Shown in pieces: positions 44,147 to 57,900 of a stretch of 64,000 nucleotides of DNA; within the stretch, counting starts at the first letter, position 1, and every line of letters begins with the position of its first letter. The DNA is taken from positions 101,680,001 to 101,744,000 of the forward strand of contig NC_043005.1 in NCBI RefSeq assembly GCF_006345805.1, written 5' to 3'. The translations under genes were made by a program, and so were the position numbers. The notes under the pieces were generated by a model. The model was given only the letters and a program-made list of their open reading frames with translations. It did not search any database and had not been told where the DNA came from. Source of the stretch: Octopus sinensis. Its lineage: Eukaryota.

Positions 44147-45951
44147 ACACATATATATTTATGCATATATATGTTTATATATATATATGTATATATACAA
44201 ATATATTGCGTATATGTGAAGCTATGTCCAATATGGTTTTCCATTTATAAAGATGGTAGTGTGTAATCTCACTGAAATTCAATTGCTTACTCTAGCAGTA
44301 GCAAACGGAATAGGATTTAGCAACGGTTGTTGTTATCTAACTGCAAGTCATCCTTGACAGATAATTCTTATAATCAAAGACATTTCTGCCATGACCTTCC
44401 CATCATTTCAAGGGTAAATGTGTAAGTATATTATCTAACTCATCACTTAATTATTTCCCATACTTGGTCGCGTTGCTATTTCTAGCGGCGTGACTGACTA
44501 CATTACAAGTCCTTCATTGGTTTATGTGTTTAGTGAGTGCGTCTTGGTGATGGAATAAAGGTGCGTTATGAAAGCGAGGAGTTTTATGATTGGTGTTAGA
44601 ATAAAGGAGCAGTAGTAATGAATGGAATTTAGAGAGTGTAATTCCACAGTAAGGTAGAAAGATTGCTTTAAAGAGTGGAGTTTAACGATCGAAGGTTGTT
44701 GGTGAAGTAAAGTAGTAATATTAGTTTCAAATTTTGGGATAAGGCAGGCGATTTTGGGGAAGGTGCTGAATGGATCACGCCGACCCCACTGATCAAGTGG
44801 AAGTATTTTATCCAACCCGAAATGTTAAAAGGCGAGATCAACCTCGGCGGAATTTTAACTTATTTTAACGTAAAGACGAACGAAATGAATGTTAAGGATT
44901 TTGGCCCGGCGTGTTAAGGGGTCAAGCAGCTTGTTTCCTTAGTGTAAAGTAATATTAAGAAGTGAATTCAGTGAGTGAAGCTTAATGTTATAGGGTAATG
45001 GAGTAATATTGATTTTAAATTTCAGCACAAGGCCAGCAATTTCGAGGACCGTGTTAGTCGATTACATTGACCCCAGTGCTCCACTGGTACTTATTATACC
45101 GACCCCGATATGATGAAAGGCAAAGCCGGCCTCGGCGGAATTTGAACTCAGAACCTGAGGACGGACGAAATGGCGCTAAGCATTTTCCCCGACGTACTAA
45201 CGATTCTGCCAGCTCGCCATCATAAGCAATGGGGTAATATTAAGGAGCGGCATTTTAGTGAATTTAGTGTAGGTAAATGATGATTATTTCGTTTTGGATT
45301 TGGTTTGCAAAATTCTTTTTATGAGTTCGTGTGTTGCAGCATATTCTGTAATACACTCACCGGTAAAATTTCGACTTATTTCCTATTTTTATTTTTCTAA
45401 AATTTTCCTTGCATCTTGCAACCTTTTCAATAGTCCTGATGGTTGTTATCTATTAAACAGTAGCACGAGTTTTATTCGATGCAGACTGGAATGTTTACAC
45501 TTGTAGCAACGTAGAAAGTTGTCTTTATTAAGGACTAAAAACGAAGTGACAGTGGATTCTGACTGTAAAGAGAATGTTAAATATTTATGATTTTTAGCGG
45601 ATCTCATACATACATTAATATTCTGAAAGATCATTAGAATTTCTAATACATGTTAATTATAAATTATATGAATATTTTAATTGTTTATAGGTGGAGATAA
45701 CTGATTTAATGGTGTGTGTTTCCATGTTATGTTTAGCGACTGGGCTTTCATGATATTGATAAAAACCAAGATAGCCATGTTTTTGTTAGAGAATAATTTT
45801 AAGGAATTTCTTCGTGGAATTGGTCGATCTTCTCGCAAGAGAGGTCCGGGCTGTGTTCAGGAAAAGATGTTTATTTACAAACCTTAATGAGGAATAAGGA
45901 CATCTTGTGAATAGAAGTAATAGAAGTGTTTGTGTGTGTGTGCGTGCGCGC

Positions 45952-45986
<35 letters not shown>

Positions 45987-47531
45987 CATGTGTATATTGC
46001 AATAACAGAGAGAAGATCGTTGGTGTATATATATGAATACACATGTATATGTATGAATGTGTGTCTATTTCTAGTAATTTATTTGAAATGGTACAGATAT
46101 CTTAGGGGAAAAATTAAGAAGAGAAAGGCATAAGAAGCGTAATTCTATAACAATGATTATAAACAGTGGATACAAATAATACAGGCACTCCCCCCACACT
46201 TACTAAACGTAGACACACACAGGAGTTTACGCATGCGCAAATAAAGACACATACGATAGGAATACAAAATACAAAATAAGAAAAAAGAAAGCAAAGGACC
46301 ACTGATGAGGTCACAGAAGTGTGACGAAAGAACTCTGGCGAAAATAAGATTAAGATAAATGTAAAAAATAAATAAAGCTGAAGCAAATTAACACCAAATA
46401 TATAGTGCGTATGTTTATATTGGCTAAACTGACAACATTACCAACCCTAAATACAACAAGATTTTTGCACTAAATATTTTTATAAAATTTTGGCAGAAGG
46501 CAAAGAAACTTTTAGAACGAGGGAGTGGATCAATACGTTCTCGAATGTGCCTAAGGTAAAGTTAACAACGGCGAGTTTAAAATTCAGAAAACAAGGAGCT
46601 CGAATAAATTAAGCAAGGCATTTTCCCGACCCAGAATGCCGTTTGCATTGAAGTGAAATGAAATCGTTTCAAACCTGTATCTGAAACCGTGTCAGCTAAG
46701 GGAGATTATATGCTAACCTATGCCGCTCCCTTGGCATTCTCTCATCAAAGATCCTCTTCTCATTTTCCTATCGAAATAATGACAAAAATGTATGAAATAT
46801 GCACGTGTAATGGAATCGAACTTACAAATTTGATCAAGCAAAGCAGAGAGACGTTGTTAACGTTGATGGTGATGATGTTGTTTGGTCTAAAGTTATCCCT
46901 GATACTGCACATCTGTAACTAAAGAATCCCCAGTATCTTTTTAAATATCCATGTATTTACACATGTATACATACAAGCAAGTATGTACACAGACACACAT
47001 TCTATATACATCTGTACACACATACATACAGACACACACACACACACATTTTTATTATGACCACGAATCTTTTGAAAATGATAGCAGTTGTCTTCAGATG
47101 GCTTTGTAGCTTTTCTTGCAGAATGAGCCAGCGCATAGGGGCTCCCTCGCTGGTTCGTATTTGCGTAAGAGAGATGAAGATTGATAAAAAGTACGAAATA
47201 ATGGCAGAGAGAGATGGGTAGATAAAGACAGAGACAGCGTGGTTGGTCATATTTGTCACCACCACCATGATATTATCTCATCGTCTTGTCCGTCATCAAA
47301 TCAATCTTCAAATGAACTGGTTAACCTAGAGTGGAAAACCATCGATCATCGATCACGGAAATGTATGCAGCTTCATTCTACTTCCAGTCTGTTTATATTA
47401 GAACTATTCAACAAACGATCAATAAACGTTTCGATAAATCCGATAAAATCTACAATACTATCAGCGCAATATTCTATTAATGCAGAAACATAAGGACATA
47501 AGAAAATATATTATACCACAATAGTACATAT

Positions 47532-47565
<34 letters not shown>

Positions 47566-47578
47566 TTATATATGTATG

Positions 47579-47614
<36 letters not shown>

Positions 47615-48209
47615 TGTATGTATGTATGTATGTATGCATGTATGTATGTATGTATGTATGTATGTAGATGTGTATACTCCACACACACACACGCAGCAGG
47701 CACACATCTATGTATATGAGAACGAAACTATGGTAACAATCTTATGGATGTTGCCACATTACGACGTTCGCTTCCTACACCAACCTTCTCGTCTTATGTT
47801 CTCAATATCAATGCCATAGAATACTGATTTTCTTTAAAAGTATACTCGAGACAAATATATTCTTTATTGTTATTGATCAATAAATGACATTTACTGCACG
47901 AAAGAAAACTTGTGGCGAGGCCGAAATTCATAAACGACTCTGGAGAAATATTTTAACGACAGTTGATATATAAAATATATTAATGGACATTAATATGGTA
48001 ATATAAAGTTACAGGTTTTCTTCCACTCAACTGGTATTGATCCGAAATTGCTTGAAGGACTCAACATGTCGCTGATGGTGGTGGCTATTTTGCTTTTAAG
48101 ACTACCTGTCCACATTGTTTAAATGTGGGTTGGACAGGTTGGTCAAATTGCAGGGTTATGTGCTCGGCCTGTCGCCATCGAAGCGGAAGTTGAACTCTGA
48201 ACAGATACC

Positions 48210-48395
48210 TATTTCTTTACTACCCACAAGCGGCTAAACACAGAGGGGACGAACAAGGACAGACAAACGGATTAAGTCGATTACATCGACCTCAGTGCGT
48301 AACTGGTACTTAATTTATCGACCCCGAAAGGATGAAAGGCAAAGTCGACCTCGGCGGAATTTGAACTCAGAAGGTAACGCCAGACGAAATACGGC
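48210..48395 (-). mobile_element. Young Nin/Deu-like SINE, head truncated
   Basis: Near-identical to the 33169 copy up to gacgaaatac. Confidence 0.9.
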
Positions 48396-49879
48396 TACGC
48401 TGATCTATAAGTCTGTACATGGCTCTCTGTCTAACGATTAATATCAGGCCTGTTATGCTTGAAACAGGAGAAATCCTGCATAAGAATGTTTTTTCCAATG
48501 TTCTTTTGTTGAAATGTAAGTAATCAATAACAACGACATAATTTATATTTGTTCTATAGTAGATTTTCGTACAGATAGTCTTGTATATTCTTATAAAAAC
48601 AATACCATATCACATTAAACAGTAGTACTTTAACGATGTTTGGGTATTGCTGCTCATCGCGTGTGTGTGATATCTGCCGCAGAAATATAATATACTTCAA
48701 ATTTGTGGTTTTTATCATATAGTGTAAGTACTTTGCACTGCATTTTGCTTTACATCTACTTTATAGCAAACTCCTGTTCTTGAATTACAAAACCATAAAA
48801 ATCACAGTTCACAAGTGAAGAGAGGTTATTTATCTTGTTGAGATTTGCAGTATTTTCGTGTCTGCTGGAAATATTCAATAGCATGGCCCTTTTCTTACGT
48901 GTTACATTTTCCCTTCTAGATTTGTGTTGGAACAGACCAGTACTTCCGATCCGATATTGTATGGAACGTCATTAAGTGCTGAATACTTCTTCAGTCAGAA
49001 CAAGGAAACGTGCGTCTAGTTACGGCCAACATAAATAGTTATTGCATCGTAGCAGAACCAATTTAGCCAACTATAAACATACGAAAATGTACACTGTACA
49101 TCTATGTATTTATGTGTCAACATTTTCGTTGGACCATTACAATATGGTCGCGAGCAGAGTCCTATTAAAGCTGTTTATAACTCAGTTTGTCGGTACTGAT
49201 TGGCCCCACATTTCACTTTCTTTATGGGTCTGCTGCGTAAATGCAATTCGACCTTTTCACCTTCGATCGTCGTTAGACACTTGCAGGTTTCAATCTTTCG
49301 TCTTTTTATCTTTTATGAATGCATCCTTTCCACTTTGTTGTTTTTTAAACATTTATTCCTGTTCTTTTTGTCCCCATCTTCTTTGATTGTCCATGTTGGT
49401 TAACTTTGAAATTATATTTTACACCGTGATAATGTATATGGTATTTTATTGTGTAGAAAATGATCTTATGTGTTCTTAAGGTGAAAGTCTATAGAAATTA
49501 GATGGTTACAGTGGAGTTTAAATCTATGTAGCAAGAACTTTCATGAAGTTATATATATACCAAAAACATCTTCTGTTTATACATAGCGAATGTAGTATGA
49601 ATGGTTACAATTCTAACAATCACGACAATGGAGAAAATTATATTTAAAAAAAACACAAAACTAGGAAAGATTTTTAAAAAAATGCGGTAGGCGGTGATAG
49701 TTATTTGTTGCCACTAAGAACTTGTTTATATGTACGTGAGATTAACGAAAAACAGAGGTAAGATTAAATAATATTTAGACAACAGATCAACATATATCCG
49801 TATCTTCAACAAGTAAAAGACTGAAGCTTTTAAGAACATAGCAGTGACTAAGTTGAAAACCTCTGTATCGGCTTCAAAC

Positions 49880-51297
49880 TTTTAACATGAGCCAGCAGTT
49901 TTGGGGCAGGGGTTGAGTCAATTACATCGACCCCAGTGTGCATCTGGCACTTATTTTACCGACCCCGAAAGGATGAAATGCAAAGTCGAACTTGGTAGAA
50001 TTTGAAACTCAGAGTATAAAGACGGACAAAATGCTGTTAAATAATTTGCTTGGTGTATTAATAATTCTGCAAGCTCGCCGCCTTCAAGGCACAGCGAAAA
50101 TATTGACGAATTAAAAATAAAGGATAAGTGAAATTAGAAAATTTTCTGTGTTCTTTGAAGTGTCTTCAAGTGTATCCTACTCTATGTAACTACTTCACTT
50201 TCAGCGGAAGATCTCAGATCAAAATGACTTCCCAGACAAGTACAATTCCAAAACAACTAATAACATCATCAACACTAATAATTATTTCTAATTTTTGGAC
50301 AAGGCCAGTAATTTTAGAGGTGGAAGAATGTCAATCCCATTAAAACTCACCCTTGAATGATTCTTTATCGACTTCGAAAGGGTGAAAGGTAAAATCGACA
50401 TGAGAGTTATTTGAACACAGAAATTAAAGAGACGAAAGAAATGCTGTTATGTTATCCGACGCCTTACCGATTCCTCCAGCTCGCCGACTTTAATAATGGT
50501 TCAAATTTTGACAGAAGGCCGGGAATTTTAGGGGAATGGAATTCGTCACTTACGTCGGCCTCAGTACTTAACTGGTGCTTTATCAATATTACTATACACC
50601 TAAAGGATGAAAGGTACAATTGACATTGGAAAATTAGGACCTGGACGGTAAAGTGACGGAACAAAAACTGGAAAGAAATTTTGCCGATGCTCAAACACTT
50701 CCGGCTTGGCACAACAATAATTTATTGTAATTTAGGCGCAAAGCCAGCAGTTTTTAATGGAAGGGAGTTTATCGATTGATCCCCCTGTACTTGACTGATA
50801 ATATCGATTATGTAGGGATAAAAGGCAAATATAAGTTCTGTGGGATTTAAATAGGAATGTAAAGAATCGGAAGGAATACCTATTACTTTACTACCCACAA
50901 GGGGCTAAACACAGAGAGGACAAACAAGGACAGACAAACGGATTAAGTCGATTATATCGACCCCAGCACGCAACTGGTACTTAATTTATCGACCCCGAAA
51001 GGATGAAAGGCAAAGTCGACCTCGGCGGAATTTGAACTCAGAACGTAAAGACAGACGAAATACCTATTTCTTTACTACCCACAAGGGGCTAAACACAGAG
51101 AGGACAAACAAGGATAGACAAACGGATTAAGTCGATTACATCGACCCTAGTGCGTAGCTGGTACTTAATTTATTGACCCCCGAAAGGATGAAAGGCAAAG
51201 TCGACCTCGGCGGAATTTGAACTCAGAGCGTAACGGCAGACGAAATACCGCTAAACATTTCGCCCGACCTGCTAACGTTTCTGCCAGCTCGCCGCCT
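49880..51297 (-). mobile_element. Cluster of six co-oriented Nin/Deu-like SINE copies of different ages
   Basis: Copies at ~49880, 50290, 50500 and 50735 (old), and 50881 and 51065 (young). Confidence 0.85.
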
Positions 51298-51627
51298 GCA
51301 AATCGGAAGGTATACAGGTATTTCTTCAATCAATCAGAGACGGAAGTCGTTCACACTTTTCACATGCAGCAACTAGAAAAATGTTATAGTTTTCACCTGA
51401 GGTTTACTCTTTCAATGTTATTGTCGTTATGTGTGTCGTTTAGATTGTTTAATAAAAAGTTATTCTATGTAAATAATTTTACTCTACCGTAGAATGGAAC
51501 TTGTGTTCTTTTTCTTTTCAGTTTTCTCTCTGTAAAACGTGTTTGCTTTCGTCCGGTTTCTTTGTTTTGTTTTTTGGGGAAGTCATTTAACCTCCTGTCT
51601 CTTCGTTTGTTTTTACGTATGGTAGAA

Positions 51628-51992
51628 AATAATAATGCTGGATCAAAGATATAGCATGCCTGAATGACAACAAGGCATGCGATAATGAAGAAAGAAATGC
51701 CGAGAGATATGGCAAGTTAGCTTGGGAAGTTGAGCAGTTGTGATCGAAGTAAAAAGGTAGCAGTAGTACCAATAATTGTCGGAGCCCTGGGAACACTGTG
51801 AAAAGAACTCGAGAAGTACGTGGAACAAATAGAGGCTGCAATAAGGGTGGTGCACTTGCAGAAAACAGCACTGGTTGGAATCGCTTGAATAATCCGGAAG
51901 GTGCTCGAAAAATAAGAGGTGTTACCTTAGTTCACTGGTAGTGAACAGCTGACACTGTAATACATCTCCAGCGTTAGAAGCTGTGCAGAGGC
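51628..51992 (+). mobile_element. 3' end of an RLE-type (R4/Dong-like) non-LTR retrotransposon, followed by (AAT)n
   Basis: CWIKDIAC.ND...EER..ERYGKLAWEV.QL*S.KKVAVVPIIVGALG...LQKTAL.G.A.IIRKVLEK* (broken frames). aataataat lies upstream and (AAT)n runs 51993-52065. Confidence 0.8.
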
Positions 51993-52059
<67 letters not shown>

Positions 52060-53422
52060 GTAATAATAATAGTAATGTTAACTTTTATGTCCACTCTGTT
52101 AAGATACAATATTTGACTAGAATTTTCTTTCAACCAAATGTAATGCAATTTCCAAGTCTATGGACAATTAGCAAGAAATGGTACATAATTCTCCTGAATA
52201 ACACCTTCTGTCGGTAATTTCAAAGAAGTAGAGCTAATATTCTTGTATAATGGATAATATTGCACCTCATAAACGGCAACAAATTATTGGTATATTAAAT
52301 GCCTTCGGATGTTTTAATCATTGTTTTATGATCTTGTGACTTGCAGAAATATTGTCGACCGACTGCAAAAGGACTGTTGCTGGTGACTCTTTCTTCACAC
52401 TCTGCTCTTTGGCAGAAATGATTATTATGACAAGAGTACAATGGCGAGAGAAAACATTTCGTCCTAGTGAGTATCAAATATTTGTATCGAAATTTTACCG
52501 GTCACAACGATTCATTGAATGATAAAGATCGATTTTACTCAACATTCTAGTCTTAAATTTTATAAATTTAAGACTAGAATGTTACTCGTCTTGACGGGTG
52601 GTGCTAGAGTGTACTTTTGTTGCTCTGGGTAATATCAGGTGATGCAACGTATGCATAAAATACCATAATTTTATTTTATTCAAATTTCATGTTTACATAA
52701 AGTAATAAAATAAATATTGATTTTTAAAATAAAAATAGTTCATTACACGAAAAATAGGTAAAATGAATTCCCCATCTGTATATTTGCGATAATTATGTTA
52801 TCCATAATGATAAGACGGTTTAATAATCATTTAATTACAGATGAAATACCTGATATAAACGACAGTTAAAAAATATTTCTTATATTAGTCGTCAGATGAT
52901 GGAAAACTCTAGTTAGTGTATAATAACCAAGGAAATTAAATCCACCTCGCTTTGGCGGCGGGGGAGTGAACTAACAGAGAGAAATAGAGATACACTGTCA
53001 ATTATATGAATATATATTCGAGGAGAAGCTTCAGAGCGTAAGTAACATTTGCAGAACCTAGCAGGGCAAAGTAAATGATGCAGATGATATCCAACCTGAA
53101 AGCATGTAATGACTGTAGAAGAATCGGAGTGAGAGGAAGAACTTGCAGTTTAATTTGAATAGATATAGCAACATCGCAAATTATCTAATTTTTGCATTAT
53201 TATTACATCACTTGTAGAAATGGCTTCTTCTAATGCCCATGGCTAGCAATCGATGCTATGTTTTATATGGGGAGAACAGATTGAGGGAAAATAGAAGGCG
53301 ACTGGTGTTTCTGTGCAGCTTTTTAGTATTTGGCTCCTATTGAAAAATCAACTTTAAAAAGCAGTTAAAATGCATTATTATGGTAAACTCTTTCTTTGCT
53401 ACACTCACAATAACAACAGCAA

Positions 53423-53825
53423 GTGGAGGCGCAATGGCCCAATGGTTAGGGCAGCGGACACGCGGTCTGAGGATCGCGGTTTCGATTCCCAGACCGGGTG
53501 TTGTGTGTGTTTATTGAGGGAAAACAACCTAATGCTCCACGAGGCTCCGGCAGGGGGTGGTGGCGACCCCAGTTGTACTCTTTCGCTCCAACTTTCTCTC
53601 ACTCTATCTTCCTATTTCCTGTCCCCGACTTCCTACGCAACTGCTGCGCCTGGATGCACATTCATCCATCAGTCGATGCTCTCGGTGTCGGGGGTTGACC
53701 TGCTTTCTCTTCTGCGGGTCATACGAATAGCAAAGGACCACGTTTCGGACCTCTCCTACTACAGAGACGCGATCCTGCGAGCTCTGGGACAAAGACCACC
53801 TCGCTCAACAAACAAACAAACAACA
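53423..53825 (+). mobile_element. tRNA-Arg-like SINE, tail type 2
   Basis: Colinear with 13181-13550; (AAAC)n tail. Confidence 0.85.
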
Positions 53826-54140
53826 AAAGCAATAACAGCAGCTTTGTTTACATCAGCAGTAATAACATGCTTCGAAATGTGAATAAGTGTATAACTAAAA
53901 TCGAATGTATGCCATCTATCTTTATAGTATTTGCTTATATTTATATATCCTTAAAATGACGTGGTAAGTTGTTACCGGTGCCAAATTATTACTCGAAATT
54001 AAATTATTCTAACTTGATATTAAGTGTAAGTATATTATAAGTGCCAAGTGGGAACGCTGAATTGTAGCAAAGGGGAGTTGAAAAAAGTGTTATTGGAAGA
54101 AAAGTTGTGATAGATTAAAGACACTATTGTAATGGGTTCA

Positions 54141-54525
54141 GTGGAGGCGCAATGGCCCAGTGGTTAGGGCAGCGGACTCGCGGTCATAGGATCGCGGTTT
54201 CGATTCCCAGACCGGGCGTTGTGAGTGTTTATTGAGCGAAAACACCTAAAACCTCCACGAGGCTCCGGCAGGGGATGGTGGTGATCCCTGCTGTACTCTT
54301 TCACCACAACTTTCTCTCACTCTTACTTCCTGTTTCTGTTGTACCTGTATTTCAAAGGGCCGTCCTTGTCACTCTCTGTGTCACGCTGAATATCCCCGAG
54401 AACTACGTTAAGGGTACACGTGTCTGTGGAGTGCTCAGCCACTTACACCTTAATTTCACGAGCAGGCTGTTCCGTTGATTCGGATCAACCGGAACCCTCG
54501 TCGTTGTAACCGACGGAGTGCTTCC
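54141..54525 (+). mobile_element. tRNA-Arg-like SINE, tail type 1
   Basis: Same head and body as 53423 up to ctttctctcactct, then a different tail ending gtcgttgtaaccgacggagtgct. Confidence 0.85.
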
Positions 54526-55179
54526 CCCCAATGGGTTCAGCGGAAACACTACTCTAATGGCTTCAGCAGAAGGAAATTCAGAGCAAATCATAGTTAGGAT
54601 ATGGAACAAGTCGGAGCACGTACAAAACCACCTAAAGAAATTGTTTTGCGTTTTTCATGTGTATTTATTGGAACTTGGAAAGGGTCAAATGCGCTGTATT
54701 TGTTTCACTTCCAAGGCCCTAATTTCAAGCGCTTCTTCAATTTAGCCTGCTACATTATGCACCTCGATCAAACAAGGGGCTACACGACATTATCGCTCAA
54801 ACTACAAGAAATGATGGCCAAATCTCCCTCACAATACAATCTTCCTTCTATAAAAATCACATTAGGATGACTATTGGATTAAACAACATCAACACTAATA
54901 GTAACAACATTTTTTTCTATTTTTCATCAGAATCATTCCTGCAAAGATTTATTGGATAATAATATCCAACTGATTGTAGCGACAATTCTTTTGGCACCGT
55001 CTGTCAATTTCTGTTTCATTAGGTTCTCAGACTTTTCGTGATTACGCTTCAATTGCATGGAATGGCCAAGACGCAAGTTTAATCAGTTAAACTTAGATGA
55101 TCGTTTCGCTTGAATTACAGCCGTTAATTTGCTGAAAGAAAGTTCGAAATTAACGAGATTGGTTGAGAATTGTAAATTT

Positions 55180-55410
55180 GCATAATTATTTGTATTTATC
55201 TTTCCTATCGAAAATCATCGCCTTCAGATAGACAGCAAGAACTCTATACTAATATCATTTGGCGATATTTTTCTATAGGGCCATGTAATTGCAACGTCTA
55301 TCAACAAAAGATTCTTTAGACCGAGGTGGTGGTTGTTGCATTTATTTCTGGAACTAATTGAACAGACCAATGTACACAGGCACTCCATCTCCAAAAGATT
55401 TTCTTCTGGC
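55180..55410 (-). pseudogene. Possible very old RLE-type LINE endonuclease remnant
   Basis: Minus strand LKNLLLIDVAITWP (IDVAI at 55287-55301), upstream FWD.PVY-like trace and downstream RKDKY. Confidence 0.35.
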
Positions 55411-55727
55411 CTAATATATCTTTGACGGCATTAAAGAGGTATTATCCAATAAAGTATTTCTGCTTATAAGACAGCAGGATGAACGATTTGTAGATTTGGT
55501 AGTTACTTCATGCAAATCAAGTTATTATTTACAGAATTTTTCATTGGCTTCTACGTCATCATCCAAACTTCTACTTTACTGTGTAGAAAACGTGTCCAGC
55601 TAACGTGGAAGCCAACGTACAAAGGTTTGGCATTACTTTAGTTTATTGATGCCTTTCTTGGTTAGTGTCAAGCACTGAATATATAATTAAGTAAAGAATT
55701 ATATCCAACAGTATTATTGTAGATAGT

Positions 55728-56048
55728 AGGAGCACTCCGTCGGTTACGACGACGAAGGTCCCAGCTAATACGATCAACGGAACAGCTTGCTCGTGAAATT
55801 AACGTGCAAGTGGCTAAGCATTCCACAGACACGCGTACCCTTAATGTAGTTCGAAAGGAGATTCAGCGTGACACAGAGTGTGACAAGGCTGGCCGTTTTT
55901 TGAAATACACGTACTACTCATTTTGGCCAGCTGAGTGGACTGGAGCAACGTGAAATAAAGTGTCTTGCTCAAGAACACAACGCGTCGCCGGGAATCGAAC
56001 TCACAACCTTACGATCATGAGCCGAATGCCCCTACGCACTAAGCCACG
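55728..56048 (-). mobile_element. tRNA-derived CORE-like SINE carrying tail type 1
   Basis: 55728-55915 is the reverse complement of the 54340-54525 tail. The head and core differ from those of the 54141 SINE. Confidence 0.8.
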
Positions 56049-56946
56049 ACTAAGGCAGCGACTTGACGGAATCGTTAGCACTTCGGGCAAAATGCGGCAG
56101 TACGTAATGCAAATTCCTCCCAGGTCGACTTAACCTTTCATCCCTTCGGGTCGATAAAATAAGTACCGAGTTCACACTGAGGTCGATGCAATCGAGTTTT
56201 CACCTCCCCTGATAATGCTGGCCTTGTGCCAAAATTTGAAACCAATATTATAAATTCAGTAACCGAATATTATAAGCGCAGGAAAATTCTACATATTTAG
56301 CACGTGTTTAACATTAGCTTGTAGTGCAGATATCAAATCTCTTCAAAGGTGTAACCTGAAAACGGTTGAACCCCCACCATTTAAATACATTGTACGTAAA
56401 CAAAATAAAAATGAAACATCGCCATTTCGGTTTGTCGAAAGGGTAGCCATAATTCAGATTCTCAACAGAGGAATAGTGAAAGTTATGTTATCAAGACGAA
56501 GACAAAATTAATTACATAACCACAAGTGTTGACATATTTCTTCTCTTCCATCAATGTTTTTACCTGAAATTCAGCAGCACCTACGTTTAATATTTCCGCC
56601 ATTCCACCCTAAACAATATACACCAACTGACATCTCGCTCCATTAAGAGTAAGCAGTCCTTGTAACAACTTATTGCGTGTTACAACACAGTATTACACGA
56701 GTTTCGAATATCAGTAAATTCTTATTTATATGTCATTACATACTTGATGTCAGAAGAAGTGTTCACAGGAGAAATGTATACATACGTAAACGCAATTTCC
56801 GGAAACAGCGAGAGAAAATTCATTTTTTTAAAAAATATGATTTCTAAGATATTCAATTTTTATACGTAACATTAAAGAATCCTTCTAAATAGAGGAGCTA
56901 CCCACTAGAAAACACGCACGCACATACGAATACCACACACACACAC

Positions 56947-57013
<67 letters not shown>

Positions 57014-57090
57014 TGTGGTGTATATACATGCATATATATATAAATACACACACATATATATATATATATGTAATATATATGTATGTATAC

Positions 57091-57187
<97 letters not shown>

Positions 57188-57208
57188 GTATATATATGTA
57201 TGTATACA

Positions 57209-57259
<51 letters not shown>

Positions 57260-57407
57260 GTATATATATACATATATATATATAAATATATACACAAACA
57301 CACATATATATAGGGAGAGTTTACGAAAAAAAACAACAAAAGACGAAGACAGGTGGTGTACAAAACAAACAGATGTATTAGTATAATGCTCAGGAATAGA
57401 AAAAAGT

Positions 57408-57443
57408 CTTTTACGTTTCGAGCCTACGCTCTTCTACAGAAAG
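57408..57443 (-). ncRNA. Minimal hammerhead-like motif A (second copy 58957-58992)
   Basis: cttt-CTGTAGA-a-GAGC-gtag-GCTC-GAAA-CG-TA-aaag: stem I cttt/aaag, 4-bp stem II, palindromic ACGT stem III. Confidence 0.6.
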
Positions 57444-57705
57444 GGACACAGAAAGCAATGCGAGAAACAAGGAGAGAAAAAAAAATGTGTGTAGTGGCTG
57501 TTTGCTTTTTTGATCGGTTATAGATAGCAAAATTTACATTGAGCTGATGGATTACTGTATAGTTTTGTAACGTACAATTTTATGATTCTTAAAAACGAAT
57601 TATATATATATATATATATGTATATATATACGCATATGTGTGTGTGTTTGTGTGGTGTATATACATGCATATATATATAAATACACACACATATATATTC
57701 TTTCT

Positions 57706-57900
57706 GTTACTTGTTTCAGTAATATGTTTGCGGCCATGCTGGAGCACGGCCTTTGGTCGAACAAATCGACTCCAGTACTTATTCTTTGTAAGCCTAGTAC
57801 TTATTGCATCAGTTCTTTTGCCGAACCACTAAGTTATGGGGACGTAAGCACACCTTTATCGGTTGTCAAGCGATGGTAGGGGAACAAACACAGACACATG
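57706..57900. mobile_element. Abundant SINE-like interspersed repeat (second copy ~59255-59450; older copies ~28950, 29820 and 35600)
   Basis: ttgtttcagt...ggccatgctggagcac...aatcgac.ccagtactta...gccgaac..ctaagttatggggacgtaa recurs across the window. Confidence 0.7.

Noticed and set aside
54141-54215. tRNA-Arg gene (also 13181, 53423 and 12640-12712)
   Set aside because: The acceptor stem does not close and the sequence continues into SINE bodies, so these are SINE heads.
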